Positions 27,068-41,965 are shown, numbered from the stretch's first letter. The stretch is 64,000 bases of DNA from Eledone cirrhosa (GCA_964016885.1 OZ024744.1:82894001-82958000); one strand, 5' to 3'. Notes: generated by a model not told the origin, from the letters alone. Made by a program: numbers and translations.

Positions 27068-28569
27068 ATATTATATTCCTTAATTTTACCAGACCGTTAT
27101 TTGACTTCGTTTTCTAATTAAATTTTCACTTCGGGTATGAGATATATATACTTCGGAATTTTTCACTGCTTTCATGCATGTTCAGCTAACCTCATATATA
27201 TTAACAGTAAACTGTGTAGCTAATTCTTTCTTAGATTTTTTTCCCTGAAGACCTCTTATTTTGAGTTTTGCTATATAATCATGATGCTTGCCTATAGATG
27301 TATATAGCTATGAATGGGGATTTTAGTGTCGGTATCGTGTGTAATATGTTTGATATGTTCTCTGAAATGCACCACATTTGACATTGAAGTAATACTTGTA
27401 TGTTTGTGGTGTGTATGCTTGTGTGCGTCTATGTAGATGTACGATGAATGATGTTGATACCTAAAACTAAAGTAAGTTTAATTTTAACAATCACATCGAA
27501 TCTAGACGCAAATTTGCTCTGTAACTAAGTAACTACTTGGGGTTCAATCTTACTACGTGAAACCTTGAGCAAGTAGCTTATATCATAGTTTTGGTTTGTC
27601 CCACGCAATTTGAGTGAAAATTAGCAAACAGAAGCTATATGGCAGTAGACCTTTAAAGAAACCGCGATAGTTTAATACGTTGTCCCATTTAGCCGCATTT
27701 AGCCCCATTACCTGGGGTTTTGCCTTTAAGGCATTACCTGAGGTTTTGCTCCGTTGTAATCATTAAGGTCAATTTCTTCTATTGGATATAACGCCCTCCT
27801 TTCCTACTACTAGCTTTAGAGATTGTGAAAAGTGTCGTAGCCAGTATCCCAGATCTGTACAAAGAACTATGATTCAATTGGTCTTTCTATTTTTTATGAC
27901 TGATAATATCTAACAGAGTTGCAACTCCTGGAAGAAGCGTAACCGCTTTTCTCCTGACAAGAAACAACATTTGAATTCGGAACAGACTGAGATCGAACAG
28001 ATAGCACAAAGAATTCTGGCTGTATCATTAATAATTCCGTTAGTCCGCTGCCCCTAAGCTGGAACATTATTTATCGATCCTCAAATGATAAAAAACAAAG
28101 TTGGATTCAGTTTGATATGACTTAAGAGCGTAGAAAAGTGGAAAACTTACTAAGCCATTTAATCCGTTGCTCCAACGATTCTGCCAATTCCTTCGAGGAA
28201 ATTGAAAAGTAAAAAAAATATTATATCGAAACTATCATCTCTCGAATTCGTCAACAATACTCACTGCTCTATATTTTATTGGTCATAGATTTATAAAATT
28301 ATAAAAACATCACAGTGTTAAATGGAAACAATGGATTCTTGAGATAATCAGTAATCTTTGACTAAGTTTGTTGACAGTAGAAAGAATATTATTTATTTGT
28401 GAAGATAAAAAATTCCTCTCTCCTGATGATCACCCCTTATCTCTTTTATTGATAGACACACCCACACACCCATATATACACGTATACACTAACTAAGAAT
28501 ACAAAAAGGACAGAAAAAGAAAAGTGTGAATAACAAAAGAAATAAAGTAGAATAAGGACAAAAAAATAT

Positions 28570-29110
28570 ATGATTTGTTAATAATTTCTCGAATTTGTAT
28601 TTGTATACAATATGTATTTGCATTGGTATTTTTAAATAAATTAATGAAAGGAGTAGGAACATGCCCATGACCATTGCATTTCTATCCTGACTGCTGAGAT
28701 ATATGAGGTTAATGTAGTTCTGCTGCTACAGGGAAATTTGAATGGGGAAGAATATTCCAGGCAGAATGTTGCGCTTCTTTACAGGAAGAATTGGAGAAAA
28801 TGTATTTTACAGAGTTGGGAAGTTAAGATATCGTAAGTTACAAAATTAGTAGAAATGGATATGTAGAGTTGTGAAAACATCTAATTCAGGAGTAACAGCA
28901 ACCGTCATTGCTGTAGTTATACAAGTCCCAGAGAAAGAAGACAGCTCATTAAAAAGTGTCGGGGAGCGAACATTTGCCAAGTAAAAGAATGGCTATTTTT
29001 TAAATGTAGTTTAGAATGATTACAATTGCAGTAACCGCAGCGCCGCGAGCGAAGTTTACAATTTAGTAGAATTAGAAGCTTTCGCCGTATTTTTTACTAA
29101 AGAAATTTTT
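28570..29110 (-). pseudogene. Highly decayed CR1/L2-group LINE 3' fragment
   Basis: The minus strand has traces resembling the C-terminal FSNSF...WN.LP motif. There is no intact ORF. Confidence 0.35.
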
Positions 29111-29158
29111 AGCCTCATAGTAGATCCTTCTAAAAATGGAAACGGATGAGTATTTACG

Positions 29159-29225
<67 letters not shown>

Positions 29226-29226
29226 C

Positions 29227-29260
<34 letters not shown>

Positions 29261-29261
29261 C

Positions 29262-29418
29262 AAGTGACGGTCCTCTGCAGTCTTCGTCTACCAAATTCTA
29301 ATCACAACGCAGCGTTCAAACAGGCTATCGTAGAAGATAGCCTTAGGTGCCTTACAGCGTAATTGAGTCATGTGGTTGTGAAACGAAATCTTTAATCACA
29401 CAGCCATGCCTGCGCCCA
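29262..29418 (-). mobile_element. Second tRNA-derived SINE family (CORE-like)
   Basis: The minus strand starts GGCGCAGGCATGGCTGTGTGATTAAAG (A box) and continues ...GGCACCTAAGGCTATCTTCTACGATAGCC...ATTTGGTAGACGAAG. Confidence 0.6.
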
Positions 29419-30591
29419 TATTACGTACAATGATATGGGCAATGATTGTTATTTTTTACCTTCTGTTGAAAGTAATATTTGTAGGATTTCTATTAATTGA
29501 AGTAGGACAGAATTGTGAATTAGACTTGCTATAGTAAAGCACGTTAACAGTGCCGGGAAGAGAATTTTCTACAGATAGTACGATATTTTTATCAACTCAA
29601 CCATCTTTAACCTTACACTATTGTATCGATGAGTGTCCTAATATATGTAGAGTGCAATAAGAAGGAAAGAAAGTTCCTGGTGAGCTGCATTGCTGTAAAT
29701 CACTTTAATCACGTAGCTAATTCCCTTGGAGAAAGGCATAGCTGTCCCACAATTTCATTTCCATTCACCTATTAATATGTGACCGTGTATTTATATGCGA
29801 TATGTATAGTGTATGTTGTGATTTTTCAAACAACAAAGATTCAGGGTGTTGTTGATTGAAAGCAAAAATTAATTTCGATATTGCCGCATCGTTACTCGTG
29901 AGATTTGGAAACTGAATTCTTCCTTTCTTGTCAAATACTTCTCTGGAAAATAAAACGGAAATGAAAATATAATAGACAAAAATAAAACAGATATTATATT
30001 GAAAATTAAATTCCAAAGAATAATTCTGCAGACAAACATTATCATTCCATGATTCGTGAAGTCTCTGTTTAAATTGATAACGAATAATCGAGTATCATAA
30101 AAACCAAAACAAATACGTATAAAAATAAGAAAAATAAGATTAAGAGTAGAGTAGAAAGATTTTTTTTGTTTTTTGTTTTTTAAATTCCTAAAGTGTATGA
30201 AGTCTTCCAAGATAAGAGAAAAGGTGGAAAATGCTTAAAGCAATTAAGTGCGGAATCTGCTGCAACAAATGCAACTTTCTTCATTCACATTTAACTACTT
30301 TATCTAAGCTTGGGATGTGGTGGGAGGTGTTAGAAGAAACTTGATCCAGGCTTTCTCAATTCTCCCGCGAGTTTTAGATCAACTAAGTGGCGGTGAGTGC
30401 AGCGAGGTTTCCAGTAATAGTGGCAGAAGGTGAAATTCCTAATACGCATCGTAATGCATATAAGCGTGAGAGTCTGCTCACACACATGCATTCACGTACA
30501 CAAACACGTGTACCATACACACACCCGCACCATATACATACATATACATACATACATACATACATACACATATATATATATATATATATAT

Positions 30592-30781
30592 AGTAAAACG
30601 TATGACCCCGACGGCAGAGCTCAAGCCGTTTCGACGGCTATTTCGGGACTCGTCCAGAAATAGCCGTCGAAACGGCTTGAGCGCTGCCGTCGGGGTCATA
30701 CTTTTTCCTATTTCCCATTCTACTACCCTAAGTATTGGGTACTCTGGTGCATTATGGTCCATCTGGTTCCTTACCAGAATT

Positions 30782-30787
<6 letters not shown>
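30592..30787. mobile_element. Fold-back element, family F, copy 2
   Basis: Same palindrome and tail as 11817-12015, lying entirely between (TA)n tracts. Confidence 0.85.
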
Positions 30788-30849
<62 letters not shown>

Positions 30850-31044
30850 GTACATACATACATATATAAATACATATAAATAAATAATATTTGTTTATTC
30901 GTTACCGAGGCAGAATTCTGTATTTATGGTGGGTGCAGCCCTTACTGCCGAAATTCGACCCACACCACAGAATAGGCGGATGAATACCGAAATTATGGTT
31001 TGTTTCGTTGGATTTATTTCCTGTTTTGTTCCGTCTCCTTGGTC

Positions 31045-31115
<71 letters not shown>

Positions 31116-31463
31116 TATCAGGAACGAAATATCAATGTAGCATCATAAGTTTATTGACATGTGATGTGTGTTTCATGATTGATCTGCTCATTGTACGATC
31201 AATATTGATCGCACCGGACTCTGGAATCCATAGCTCATCAGATTTGTGGATTCTCGGTAGAGCCCTTCACATAAGGATGTTATATTGATATCTGTTACTA
31301 CTCCTTTTTATTATTAACACTCTGCTTCTTTAGGATACCGACTACAGTGTAATACCAAACGTAGAATACATTTGCAACAGAAAGTATAGTGGCAATGTGT
31401 TCTCAAACTGGTGAACCAATAATAACTACACACACATACACACACACAAACACATACACACAG

Positions 31464-31611
<148 letters not shown>

Positions 31612-31963
31612 ATGTAAAATCTTTGTTTATATACTTGTGCTATGACGGTGATGGAATTCACTTTGCAAGGTTTATTATATCAAATCGTGTGTTGTAACAA
31701 ATATTGTTAATTTTGGAAGGATCATATTGTTATAATATTGCCGCTGTGTTGTAATGTTTACTTATTCTATTCTATATTTATTCATTAATTATTGTGCAAA
31801 ACGCGCTCACATACGCATGCGCGAACAGAAACAATAATAACTAAATAAATAAATAAATATAATAAGTAGGCATTACAATACAACGGGAGAAAACATAATA
31901 GTATCATCACTAAGGTTGTCTTTTTTTCCGGGTATGTCAATATTTATTTATAAAACAAATCTG

Positions 31964-32029
31964 TATTTTATCCGATGAAAGCGCACCATAATTTGCCTTG
32001 GTTGCCCTTGAAATATGTATAATAAAATA
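31964..32029 (+). ncRNA. Hammerhead ribozyme-like motif (U4C core)
   Basis: TATTTTAT-CCGATGA-AAGCGCACCA...TGGTTGCCCTT-GAAA-TATGTA-TA^ATAAAATA. Stem I is 8 bp and stem II pairs with bulges. Confidence 0.6.
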
Positions 32030-32488
32030 AATATGGTTTTATAAATATAGTTTCCATTATTGTATATATATATATATAACACTTTCTCTCTACTGATCTC
32101 TTCCTCACACTTCCACTCACACACTCACTGTTTCTCCCCTTCTCACTTCACCCTGTTCGCGACGAAAACAATTTCCTTCTTTCTTACATTGGATTCATCT
32201 CGAAAGGTCTACTTTCTACGCGCTCATATATTCACCCAGCTTATACTGATGGAATAACTATGTAGCTTGTGTCTCTTCCTATCTACGGTTAGCTTTCCTC
32301 TTTGTTGTTTACTTGTCTCACTCGCTTTACGCGTTTTAATTGTCCTAATAACTTAATTTAGTTATTATTGCACCAACGTGAGGTATATGATTTTCAATGC
32401 AATGAAATATCTATGATGAGGGTATGATGAGGGACTCATTTTATAACATGTTATCCATGTGCAACCTGCAGTATTCTTCTCCCCATTT

Positions 32489-32554
<66 letters not shown>

Positions 32555-32562
<8 letters not shown>

Positions 32563-35500
32563 ACAGGGAGAAAAAGACGATTATTAGGAATAAAATATTT
32601 TTTTTATTTCTTTTTTTTTTCTCTTTTTTCTGGGTTAGAAAATGATTAAAACAAAATATTTTACTTTGTGTGAAGTGTTAAGGTATTAGTTGATTTATTT
32701 ATTAATTAACAATGGTACTCATTTATTTATTTATATATTTAATAATTGTCTATTACCGGTTTCAACATTTTTATGCATTATCAAATGATAATAATATGTA
32801 TTGGTGTAAAATGGTGGTGTTGAACATGTTAAGGAAATGGTGTAGAAAGAATAATGTTATTTTCACCAACTCGCAAACGCCCAACCTACCCCGAAATGAA
32901 GGAAGATATTGCAGAATTCTGTAGAAAACTAAGACTCAGCAAGCAACTATACAACAAATACAATGAGGATGACTCAATAGCCAGAAATAGAAGCAATTAC
33001 ACCCCACCAAAACGCAGGAACAAATTCTTCGATCAATTCTGCGAACACATTACTAATTACCCATACCACCACCTACACAGACATAAACAAAAACCAAACC
33101 TAAGCAAAAAAGAATGGAATGGTCTTAGTCTAAAAAACGACAAAACCCTAACAATCAAAGAGGCAGATAAAGGGAGTGCAGTAATCGTATGAAGACAGAT
33201 TACTACACGACTCTAGTACTCTCATCTCTAGAAAACCAAGCAAATTATGAAAAGGCCCAACACTACACATAACAGAAAATAATGAGAAACCTAAAATCCC
33301 TAACAACCCTTTACAAAGAAGGCCTTACCGAAAAGGAATACAACTACATCACCAATTTCAAAGCAGAATCAGCCTCTTCTACGGTATCTCAAAGACAGAC
33401 AAAAGCGAAGTAATAGGCAGGGCCTGCAAGCAAGCCACAGACATTTACATCAATATACCCCCTCCTTAAATTAAGACCCATAATAGCAGGTACCACATGT
33501 GAAACCCTCCGCCTAAGCAACTTCCTTGATATTCTGCTTAAACCTTTCCTAAAACTCATAACAAGCTTTATAAGGGACGACCTTGACATGCTCAACCACC
33601 TCCCAACAACACTCTATAATAAACATACCCTACTATTAACCTTTGATGTCATCAATTTATATTCCAATATCCCACACAACCTAGGTATAGAGGCAATACA
33701 ATTCTGACTTGAAAATTTCCCTAGTGAACTTCCACAGAGTACCCCTAAAGAATTTGTGTTGGAGGGTCTCAAATTCATCTTGGAAAACAATTTCTTCTAA
33801 TTCGTTGCCAAATACTACAGACAGAAATCTGGGACTGCCATGGGCACGAAGGTGGCCCCCTCATACGCCAACCTTGTCATGGGATATTTGGAAACCACTC
33901 TCTATCGCAAAGTTCTAGACAAATATGGCAACCACTTCTACCAACACATAGAAAAGAACTGGAAGAGATATCTGGACGACTGCTTCATCCTCTCGCATGA
34001 AAGTATAGATAGACTGATTGAGTTTAAAAACCTTCTAAATGGACTCAACACAAACTTACTATTCACAATGGATTACAGCCATGAACAACTCCCTTTCCTC
34101 GACATCCTCATCAAGAAAACAAACAACAAAATAGAAACAGATATATTCTACAAACCCATAGACTCTAAACAACATTCAACTCGTGCCACCCTCGACATAC
34201 CAAAATGGCAATTCCTTATAACCTAGCCAGAAGGATCTGCACAATAGTTTCAGATAAATACACATGCTACACACGACTAGAAGAATTAAAAAAACACACT
34301 TATCAGCAGAAACTACCCACCATCCCTAATCAACAATGGATTCCAACGTGCCCTAAAAGACGACATCCAGGAACTCAGACACCCCAAACCCAGGAATGAA
34401 CCGTAACCGAAAACTCTACTATACATCTCCAAACACAACCCCCTCAACAATGAGGCATTCGAAACCATCCTCCAGAACATTCGTTTACTAAAAAGAGACC
34501 CAAGAATGAACAAACTCCTCCAAACACACAACATCATAAAGAGCAGTAGACAACCTAAATCCATAAAAAACATCCTCACACTAGCTAAAATCCAACCAAC
34601 CCTCACAATGAGCCCTACAGTAAAAGAATGCGGAAGGCCCAACTGTGGCATATGCATAAATCTAATAGAAGGTTCAACATTCCATTTTAAACAAGGACAA
34701 TATTTCCCAGTTAAACACAACTTTACATGTGCATCTGAAAAATTATCTATGTTTTGACCTGCTCAGGTTGTCAAGAGCACTACATAGGACAGACAAAAAA
34801 CAGCCTCCGACAACGTATGACCCTCCATAAATCACAAATCAATATACAGGAATACAGAAAGATTGCGTTTAGTGAACATATCGCCAATTGTCCTCCCAAC
34901 CAATATCCAAACTTTAAAATTTTCCCCATTTACAAATTCATAGACAGCGCTACTTTCATCCATCGTACCAATGAGGAAACGTATTTCATTAACAAATTCC
35001 GATCTCTACTTAAAGCACTAAACTAAAACTGGAACGAACAATTAACTAAATCCAAATACCTATGTCTCTCTAATGAGTTACCTCCCCACACCCTACCTAA
35101 TCATTTTTTTTATATAAATTAAATACCATCCATCATTACTCTCCCACTCTGAATTACCTTCCCTGCACATCAACTCTCTAAAAAGGGAAATCATATCAAA
35201 CCCCAGACTACCATTTGCCTCCATCATGGATCAACTAAACACTCTTGCTATATTAACACATTTTGATCTGCTTATCTTCAAACAACTATGCCTGTAAATA
35301 ATATTTTTTTTCTTTCACATTGCCCTATTATGTTATACATTACGCCCCTTTTTCTTCTTTTTTCTTTTCACTTCATAAACCTTGTTTGTAAATAACATTA
35401 TTCTTTCTGCACCATTTCCTTAACATGTTCAACACCACCATTTTACACCAATACATACTATGTTTTGATAATGCATAAAAATGCTGAAACCGGTAATAGA

Positions 35501-35740
35501 CAATTATTAAATATATAAACAAATAAATAAATGCCATTGTTAATTAATAAATAAATCAACTAATACCTTAACACTTCACAAAAAGTAAAATGTTTTGTTT
35601 TAATCATTTTCTAACCCAGAAAAAAGAGAAGAAAAAAAAATGTTTCTTCCTAGTAACGTCTTTTTCTCCCTGTTTTCATATATATATATCCTAACTCGTG
35701 TGCTCCTTCTCCACATTTTAGTATTATTATTATATATTAT
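32555..35740 (+). mobile_element. Penelope-like retroelement with inverted 5' pseudo-LTR and 3' pseudo-LTR
   Basis: 32555-32862 is the reverse complement of 35395-35690. It encloses RT and GIY-YIG coding remnants and is inserted in (TA)n. Confidence 0.92.
32863..35026 (+). pseudogene. Penelope RT + GIY-YIG endonuclease, frameshifted
   Basis: IKEADKGSAVI, RPI, FDVINLYSNI, AMGTKVAPSYANLVMG, WKRYLDDCF, LPFLD, TDIFYKP, CGRPNCGIC and TCSGCQEHYIGQT...LRQRM..H appear across several frames. Confidence 0.93.
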
Positions 35741-35893
35741 ATATATATATATATATATAATATTTGAAAGTGAGTTTTTTTTTACAAAATGAAAAATAAC
35801 CGAGGTGTCGTACACGAGTGAAAGTATAAGGAAGATGAAATCGAAAATGCAACTGGAGTCTTTTTTTTTTAAATATATATATTTATTTAGTTC

Positions 35894-35929
35894 CTTTACC
35901 GGTTTCGCAGTTCTTCTGCTTTTCAAAAG
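35894..35929 (-). ncRNA. Minimal hammerhead with U3-A8 covariant core
   Basis: Minus strand: CTT-TTGAAAA-GCAG AAGAA CTGC-GAAA-CCGG-TA^AAG. Stem II is a perfect 4 bp, CCGG is palindromic, and stem I is only 3 bp. Confidence 0.6.
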
Positions 35930-35934
35930 TAGAG

Positions 35935-36340
35935 TTGAGATGGAGGGTCCCTCCATCTGAAATCCAAAGAGGGCTCGATAAGGATAAATATATATCAAAT
36001 ATATAAGAACCGCAGAGCAAATATTTATTAAAATAACGGATTAAAGAATCGCTGCTTTCACCTTTAACGGGATCTTCTGAAACTACCAAAGTCAATCTGT
36101 GAACGCAAAAGTGAATATTTCAAAAAACGTTGCAACTGGAGGAAGACAGGAAGACGATACTTTGGTTCGTGGAAACGTTCCCTGTCAAAGAACGGGAAAA
36201 AACGAATATAATACGTCATTATTTGGAGCGGTGAAAAACAATTACACGCAATGACAATTTGTTAGTTTCAGAAGATCCCGTTAAGGGTGAAAGCTGCGAT
36301 TCTTTGCTTAAACTTTAATCTGTTATTTTAATAAATATAT
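35935..36340. mobile_element. Family C element, inverted copies; intact U4A hammerhead-like motif at 36264-36314 (+)
   Basis: 35960-36100 matches 5972-6118 in reverse (with a small deletion). 36258-36340 matches 5979-6060 forward. Confidence 0.8.
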
Positions 36341-36801
36341 ATTATATATATATATATTTTTTTAACTGTTGGTCAATCAATGATAAGCATTGACTACCGG
36401 CTAAATTAACTATAGGGAGATAAAATATCCCTTCTGTTTAATTTAGATTTTCTCTGTTCTTTTTTTCTTCCTCAATAACTTTCACAAGTTTTTGACGCAT
36501 TGGGGATAGACATATTGTCTTTAATGCGTTGAAATATCGGCAGATAACTGAAGAGCGGACTTTCCTTTGTTTGTGCTTTCCTAGTATATCTAAACATACT
36601 TTATCAAGTAACCACACATCCAATTGTTTCTTTTATATATATACATACAAATATATATATATATATAAATGTAAAGTCATTTTGAACATTTATGAAAATA
36701 TATTATTTCACTCATTGTTTATGCCATTTATGCACCATATTCTAGCGGGGGCATCTTGTTAAATGACATTCGTCTCTGAGAAATAAGAAAGAAATGGTAT
36801 C

Positions 36802-36855
<54 letters not shown>

Positions 36856-38076
36856 GTAGCTGATCGAATCTATTAAAACGGAGGCCTTACTTCACTAGAT
36901 TTAAAAAGCGATAATGATAATTTCATTTTTTCACTACATAAAAGTTACGATATCAAATTTCCTATCTATTACTATTTCTGATTGCTATAGAATGGAAACA
37001 TTTTCAGACAGACATTGAGTTTTGTTTGATGTAAGGGGGCATTATATACGCGATTTTTGTTGGGTCTCTTCAGATTTCACTGTCTTCTCCGTTTCTCCCG
37101 TGTATTTACTCTCAACACCTTGAGGTAGTATTACACTTTCGTTATATATACAACCGCTTTAGAGAATCTTGGATATGAGAAAATGGCTCCTAGCTAACAA
37201 AAAGTAGATAGCTATTTCCATATGTATGAAGCTATATATTGAAATATTTACTAAAATTGTTCCATCGAATTAATTAATTTTCAACAGTCCTGGAGTATTT
37301 TGAGGTTTCTTTGTTCGATTTGTATTAGTGACTATCTGTTCGTGGAAGGTTATCTCTTGACCTAAACCATGAAAGTAAAACATTACAAATTGGGATTGAA
37401 ATACACGAAGTGGCTTGATAAGGATTGGAGAAAAGTTCTTCAGTGGCTAGAGACGTTCTTTATTCAAGGATACAGAAGTCAGAATGTCACCAAATAAAGA
37501 GCTCATCGACCAGAACATGAATCCTTCCAAACAGAAGGTTTTTGGGGATGCTTCAGATATGATGGAATTGGTAGCTTTCACCTGGTTTAGAGTATCTTGG
37601 ATTAAGATATGCTTGCCACAATATATCTAAACTTTCCAAAGAAAAAAATGTTTCTGATCTGAATGTGTTATTGACCAATCGATCCGTTGTTTTTCAGTAA
37701 GATCTTGTCCCGTATCATAAGTCAAAAGAAATGAAGTATGGAGCAGCCTGGAAACTTACTTCATGCTATATATACTATTGAAATTATGTGGACAACATCG
37801 TGCCCAACAATGGCAACATTGACTGAGACCTTAATTCATGTTTGCTAGAGCGACTTCAGTCAAAATAAATAGATTCGACGCCAAAATGGATAACCATTCT
37901 TTTAAACAGTCGGAGTATGTGAATATTATATTCTTATTAAAAAACTGAGAAAAACTGATTTTTCGTTTTCAGACTTTGTTTCAATTAATTTTCATGAAAG
38001 TACACACACATACACACACACACACACACATGTATATATATATATATAAACGCATGCATATACTCTATATAAAAAA

Positions 38077-38285
<209 letters not shown>

Positions 38286-38302
38286 TATGTATATGTATAT
38301 AC

Positions 38303-38437
<135 letters not shown>

Positions 38438-38649
38438 CAGAATACGTAGGAAGAAACATTCGAGAGAAAAAGAAACAAATGATGTTCATTCCATTCGTTC
38501 ATCTCTCCTTAACTCTTCCTTTCTTTCCTTCGTTCATTCTTTCATTCTTACATTCTTACTTTTTCTTATACGCACACATTTATACGCACATACACATACA
38601 CAGTCACACACGCACACATACACAGTCACACACATGCACATACATACGC

Positions 38650-38738
<89 letters not shown>

Positions 38739-38945
38739 TGTATGTATATATGTAGTATGTTTGTATGTATGTATGTATTTAGTTCTATAACGTCTCTGTT
38801 ACGCCAACTAATTGGACGTCTTATCGTAAGGCTCTGGCTGCTACTGATGATAAGTAAATATTATATTCTAGCTACTCTCGTTATAATTAAAGAAAAGAAA
38901 AGTAACACCTGCACATTGAACATTCGGAACAATAAACAAGAAGCA

Positions 38946-39000
<55 letters not shown>

Positions 39001-39010
39001 TGATGATAAT

Positions 39011-39072
<62 letters not shown>

Positions 39073-39189
39073 TAATAATAATAGTAATAAAAATAATAGT
39101 AATAATGGTAATGAAAATAGTAGTAAAAATAGTAGTAATAATAAGAGTAATAATAATAGTAATAAAAATAGTAATAGAAATAAAGATAA

Positions 39190-39590
39190 TAATTGTTTCT
39201 ACTTTTGGCACAAGGCCAGCAATTACCCAGTGTATTACTGGTACTTTATTTTATCGACCCCGTAAGGATGAAAGGCAAAGTTAACCTCGGCGGGATTTGA
39301 ACTCAGAATGGCAAGGGCCGTAACTCTATGCTGCAAAGCATGGCGTCCGACCCTCTACCGATACTGCCAATCCACTGATAATAATGAAAACAGTAATAAT
39401 AATAAATGTTTCTACTTTTTGCACAAGGCCAGCAATCAACCAGTGTATTACTGGTACTTTATTTTATCGACCCCGTAAGGATGAAAGGCAAAGTTAACAT
39501 CGGCGGGATTTGAACTCTGAACGTAAAGGGACGTAACTATGCTGGAAAGCATGTCCGACCCTCTAACGATACTGCCAATTCACCGCCCTT
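39190..39590 (-). mobile_element. Two tandem full-length tRNA-derived SINEs in (AAT)n
   Basis: Each copy has an A box, B box, core and AGTAGAAAC 3' end. Confidence 0.85.
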
Positions 39591-39624
39591 ATAGTGATAA
39601 TAGTAATGATAATAATAATAATGA

Positions 39625-41965
39625 TTTCATTTCATTTATCAGCCACAAGGGCCGACATGTAGGGGACAATACAAAGACAGGGACAGTGGGTGTTTACAAT
39701 AAGGTCGAGTAAATCTGCACATGGCCAAGACTAATTTAACAATGAAGGTATAACAAATATAAAATAAACTATGTATAAATAGAACAAAATAGATAAATTC
39801 CCCTATCGCGGGTGGACGACCCAGAGGTGACTCAGGTACCCCATCAATCCTGAACCACGCTGCGCTTCTAGGGCACCCAGGGAGAGCACCCCTCACTTCA
39901 AATTAACTAGCCTATAGGCGCATGGTCAGAGTAGGCCCATTCACACGGGCCATTCTCGCCACATTCATCCACCTTTTAGCAAATGTACAGGGGGGGGGGG
40001 GGGGGGGGTCAGCACTTCTCTCTACACCCTCATTTTCCCTACCAGGTGAAACTTGAAGAAGTTGATGAGGGATTGGCCGAAGAGAAAAGTGTAAGTGTCT
40101 GTCTTCAGTCCTTTTAATCTGGTGCACCATATAACCTCTTTCGCACCTGCCACCAGACAGGAAAATTGCCTGCTTTCCTGACCAAAGGAAGGCGGTGGGT
40201 CGATCTTCACTATGGACTCGGCCGATAGCCGGGTCCGTTCTACACGCGACAGTAGCTGTTCGACATAACTCCACAAGTCAGTAATGCACGGACATTGGAC
40301 AAGTGCGTGCAGAACGGTTTCGTTGCTCTGTGCGCATTTTGGGCAAGTCCGTCTGACAGCACTTCCGTGCCTGTAGAGTTTATCCCGAAGCGGCAATGCC
40401 CCCGATAGCACTGCCAAGCGAGGGATTTCTGGAAATTGTCCATCGTCTCCGGCTCGAAAGTCCTCCGGAACGGACTGGTCAGTTCGAATTCGTCAAGGCC
40501 CAACGCCTCTCCGATGCGTCATCGCACTTGCCCACCATTAATCATCTATAGAACTCGAGAGTGGAAGTTCCACTGATCGCATTGCCCGCTTAGTAGAGGG
40601 CATTGAGTGCCTGGCAACATTCCAGGTGCCAGTCACCCAGGCTTGGTCTCTTCTTGACCCAGGACTGCAGGTCCGCCAAAGAAACGAGCTGCGGAAAGGC
40701 TCATCTGATAAACGGCGAGCACACCTGTTCACCGTTTAGGCAGGATATCTGGAGATGTCACAGCCTCAGCGCATGTCTGCGTTTCGGGGATTGTGGGAGT
40801 GGTGTTGATGTTATTGGGAAAGTGTTTGCGTTAGTGGTGTCTGTTTTTTTTGTTATGTATGCTTTTGTGTTTTGTTGGGGCTTTTTTTTTGGTGAGTTTT
40901 ATCTTTTATTTTTTGGCACTTTTGGGTTTTCCTTCATCTTCACTGCTGGAAGACAAAGGGTCTGTGGCTGTGAGTGTCTCTGTGTCTGTGTGTGCATTTA
41001 TTGTTTTGTCTATGTGTATAATTGGAGGGGTAGGGGGAGTGGGAGAGCGTTCCTCGTTTTCCCCTTGGATTGGTTTTGGTGCTGCTGGTGGTCCGACTGA
41101 TTTTGATGTTGGTGGGGTTACCCGTGTCATTGTTGTTGTTGTTCCTGGTGGTGGCTGTGGTGCATCTTTCCGTATTGACACTAGTTTTGGCAACAAAGGA
41201 GGTTTGCGAACCCCTGCATTTTTGAGCTGAGGGCAGAAGGCTTGCAGATGCGTTGCTTCCCCGCAGACAAAACAGTGCGGCCTTCCTCCCTCAGCGATTA
41301 ATTGGCTTGTTGTCCCGTCCAGCAGGCGGGCAAAATCCGGGATGTTGTTCATGCCCTCTGGTTGCATTTGGAGAGAAATCTCCAAATCCATTCTGGACCA
41401 TTCTTCTCTCTCTTTCCTTTTGATATCCAGGAGGGTAGTGTCTGTCCCCTTCCAGACTACGCATCCCAGGAGCCACCATATGTTCATTCCTGGTGGGATC
41501 CTGAGAATACGGACCTTTACTGTCCTTTTGCCCATCTAAGACGGGTGCATGATAATGCGTTCCGTTCTGAAGGGGGTCACCAAGTGCTTAATAGCAAGGG
41601 CCTCGGTTTTGAACTGTACCGAGATGGTACCGAACTGCTTGGCCCTTGCTTTATACTCATTGTCACTTCCGATGCACTTCAAAGCAGCCTCAACCTCTGC
41701 TTGGCTGGCAAGTTCCACTTTGCGTGTCTGCACTGAAATGCATCGAAAGTACACCGTCCTCGTTTGCATGGCCGCTATTTCCCCGTCCAGGTTTGCCCAG
41801 GATTTCTCCCGTTTAATTAACCTCCACGCCTGGCCATCTGTTCGTCTTTATCGCTAATATCAACATTCAATAAGCGCTTTGATTTCGCTGCTGCCGCTGC
41901 AAAGGTGGTGCCTCTGTTGATCTTGTTGTTGGTGTTGTCGTTCTTAATAATAATAACAATAACGA
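39625..41965 (-). mobile_element. L1/Tx1-clade LINE pieces: ORF1 remnant (40780-41950) joined to ORF2 C-terminus and 3' UTR (39625-40780)
   Basis: The ORF1 part has a CFVCGEATHLQAFC knuckle. The ORF2 end has CPKC...ETVLHALVQC. The 3' end CCCTTGTGGCTGATAAATGAAATGAAATC is followed by (ATT)n. Confidence 0.88.

Noticed and set aside
30895-30985. Long imperfect hairpin containing CTGCC-GAAA
   Set aside because: No CUGANGA or covariant core in the correct position.
36900-37950. Unique AT-rich stretch, possibly an old transposase remnant
   Set aside because: No ORF, recognisable motif or terminal repeat could be identified.
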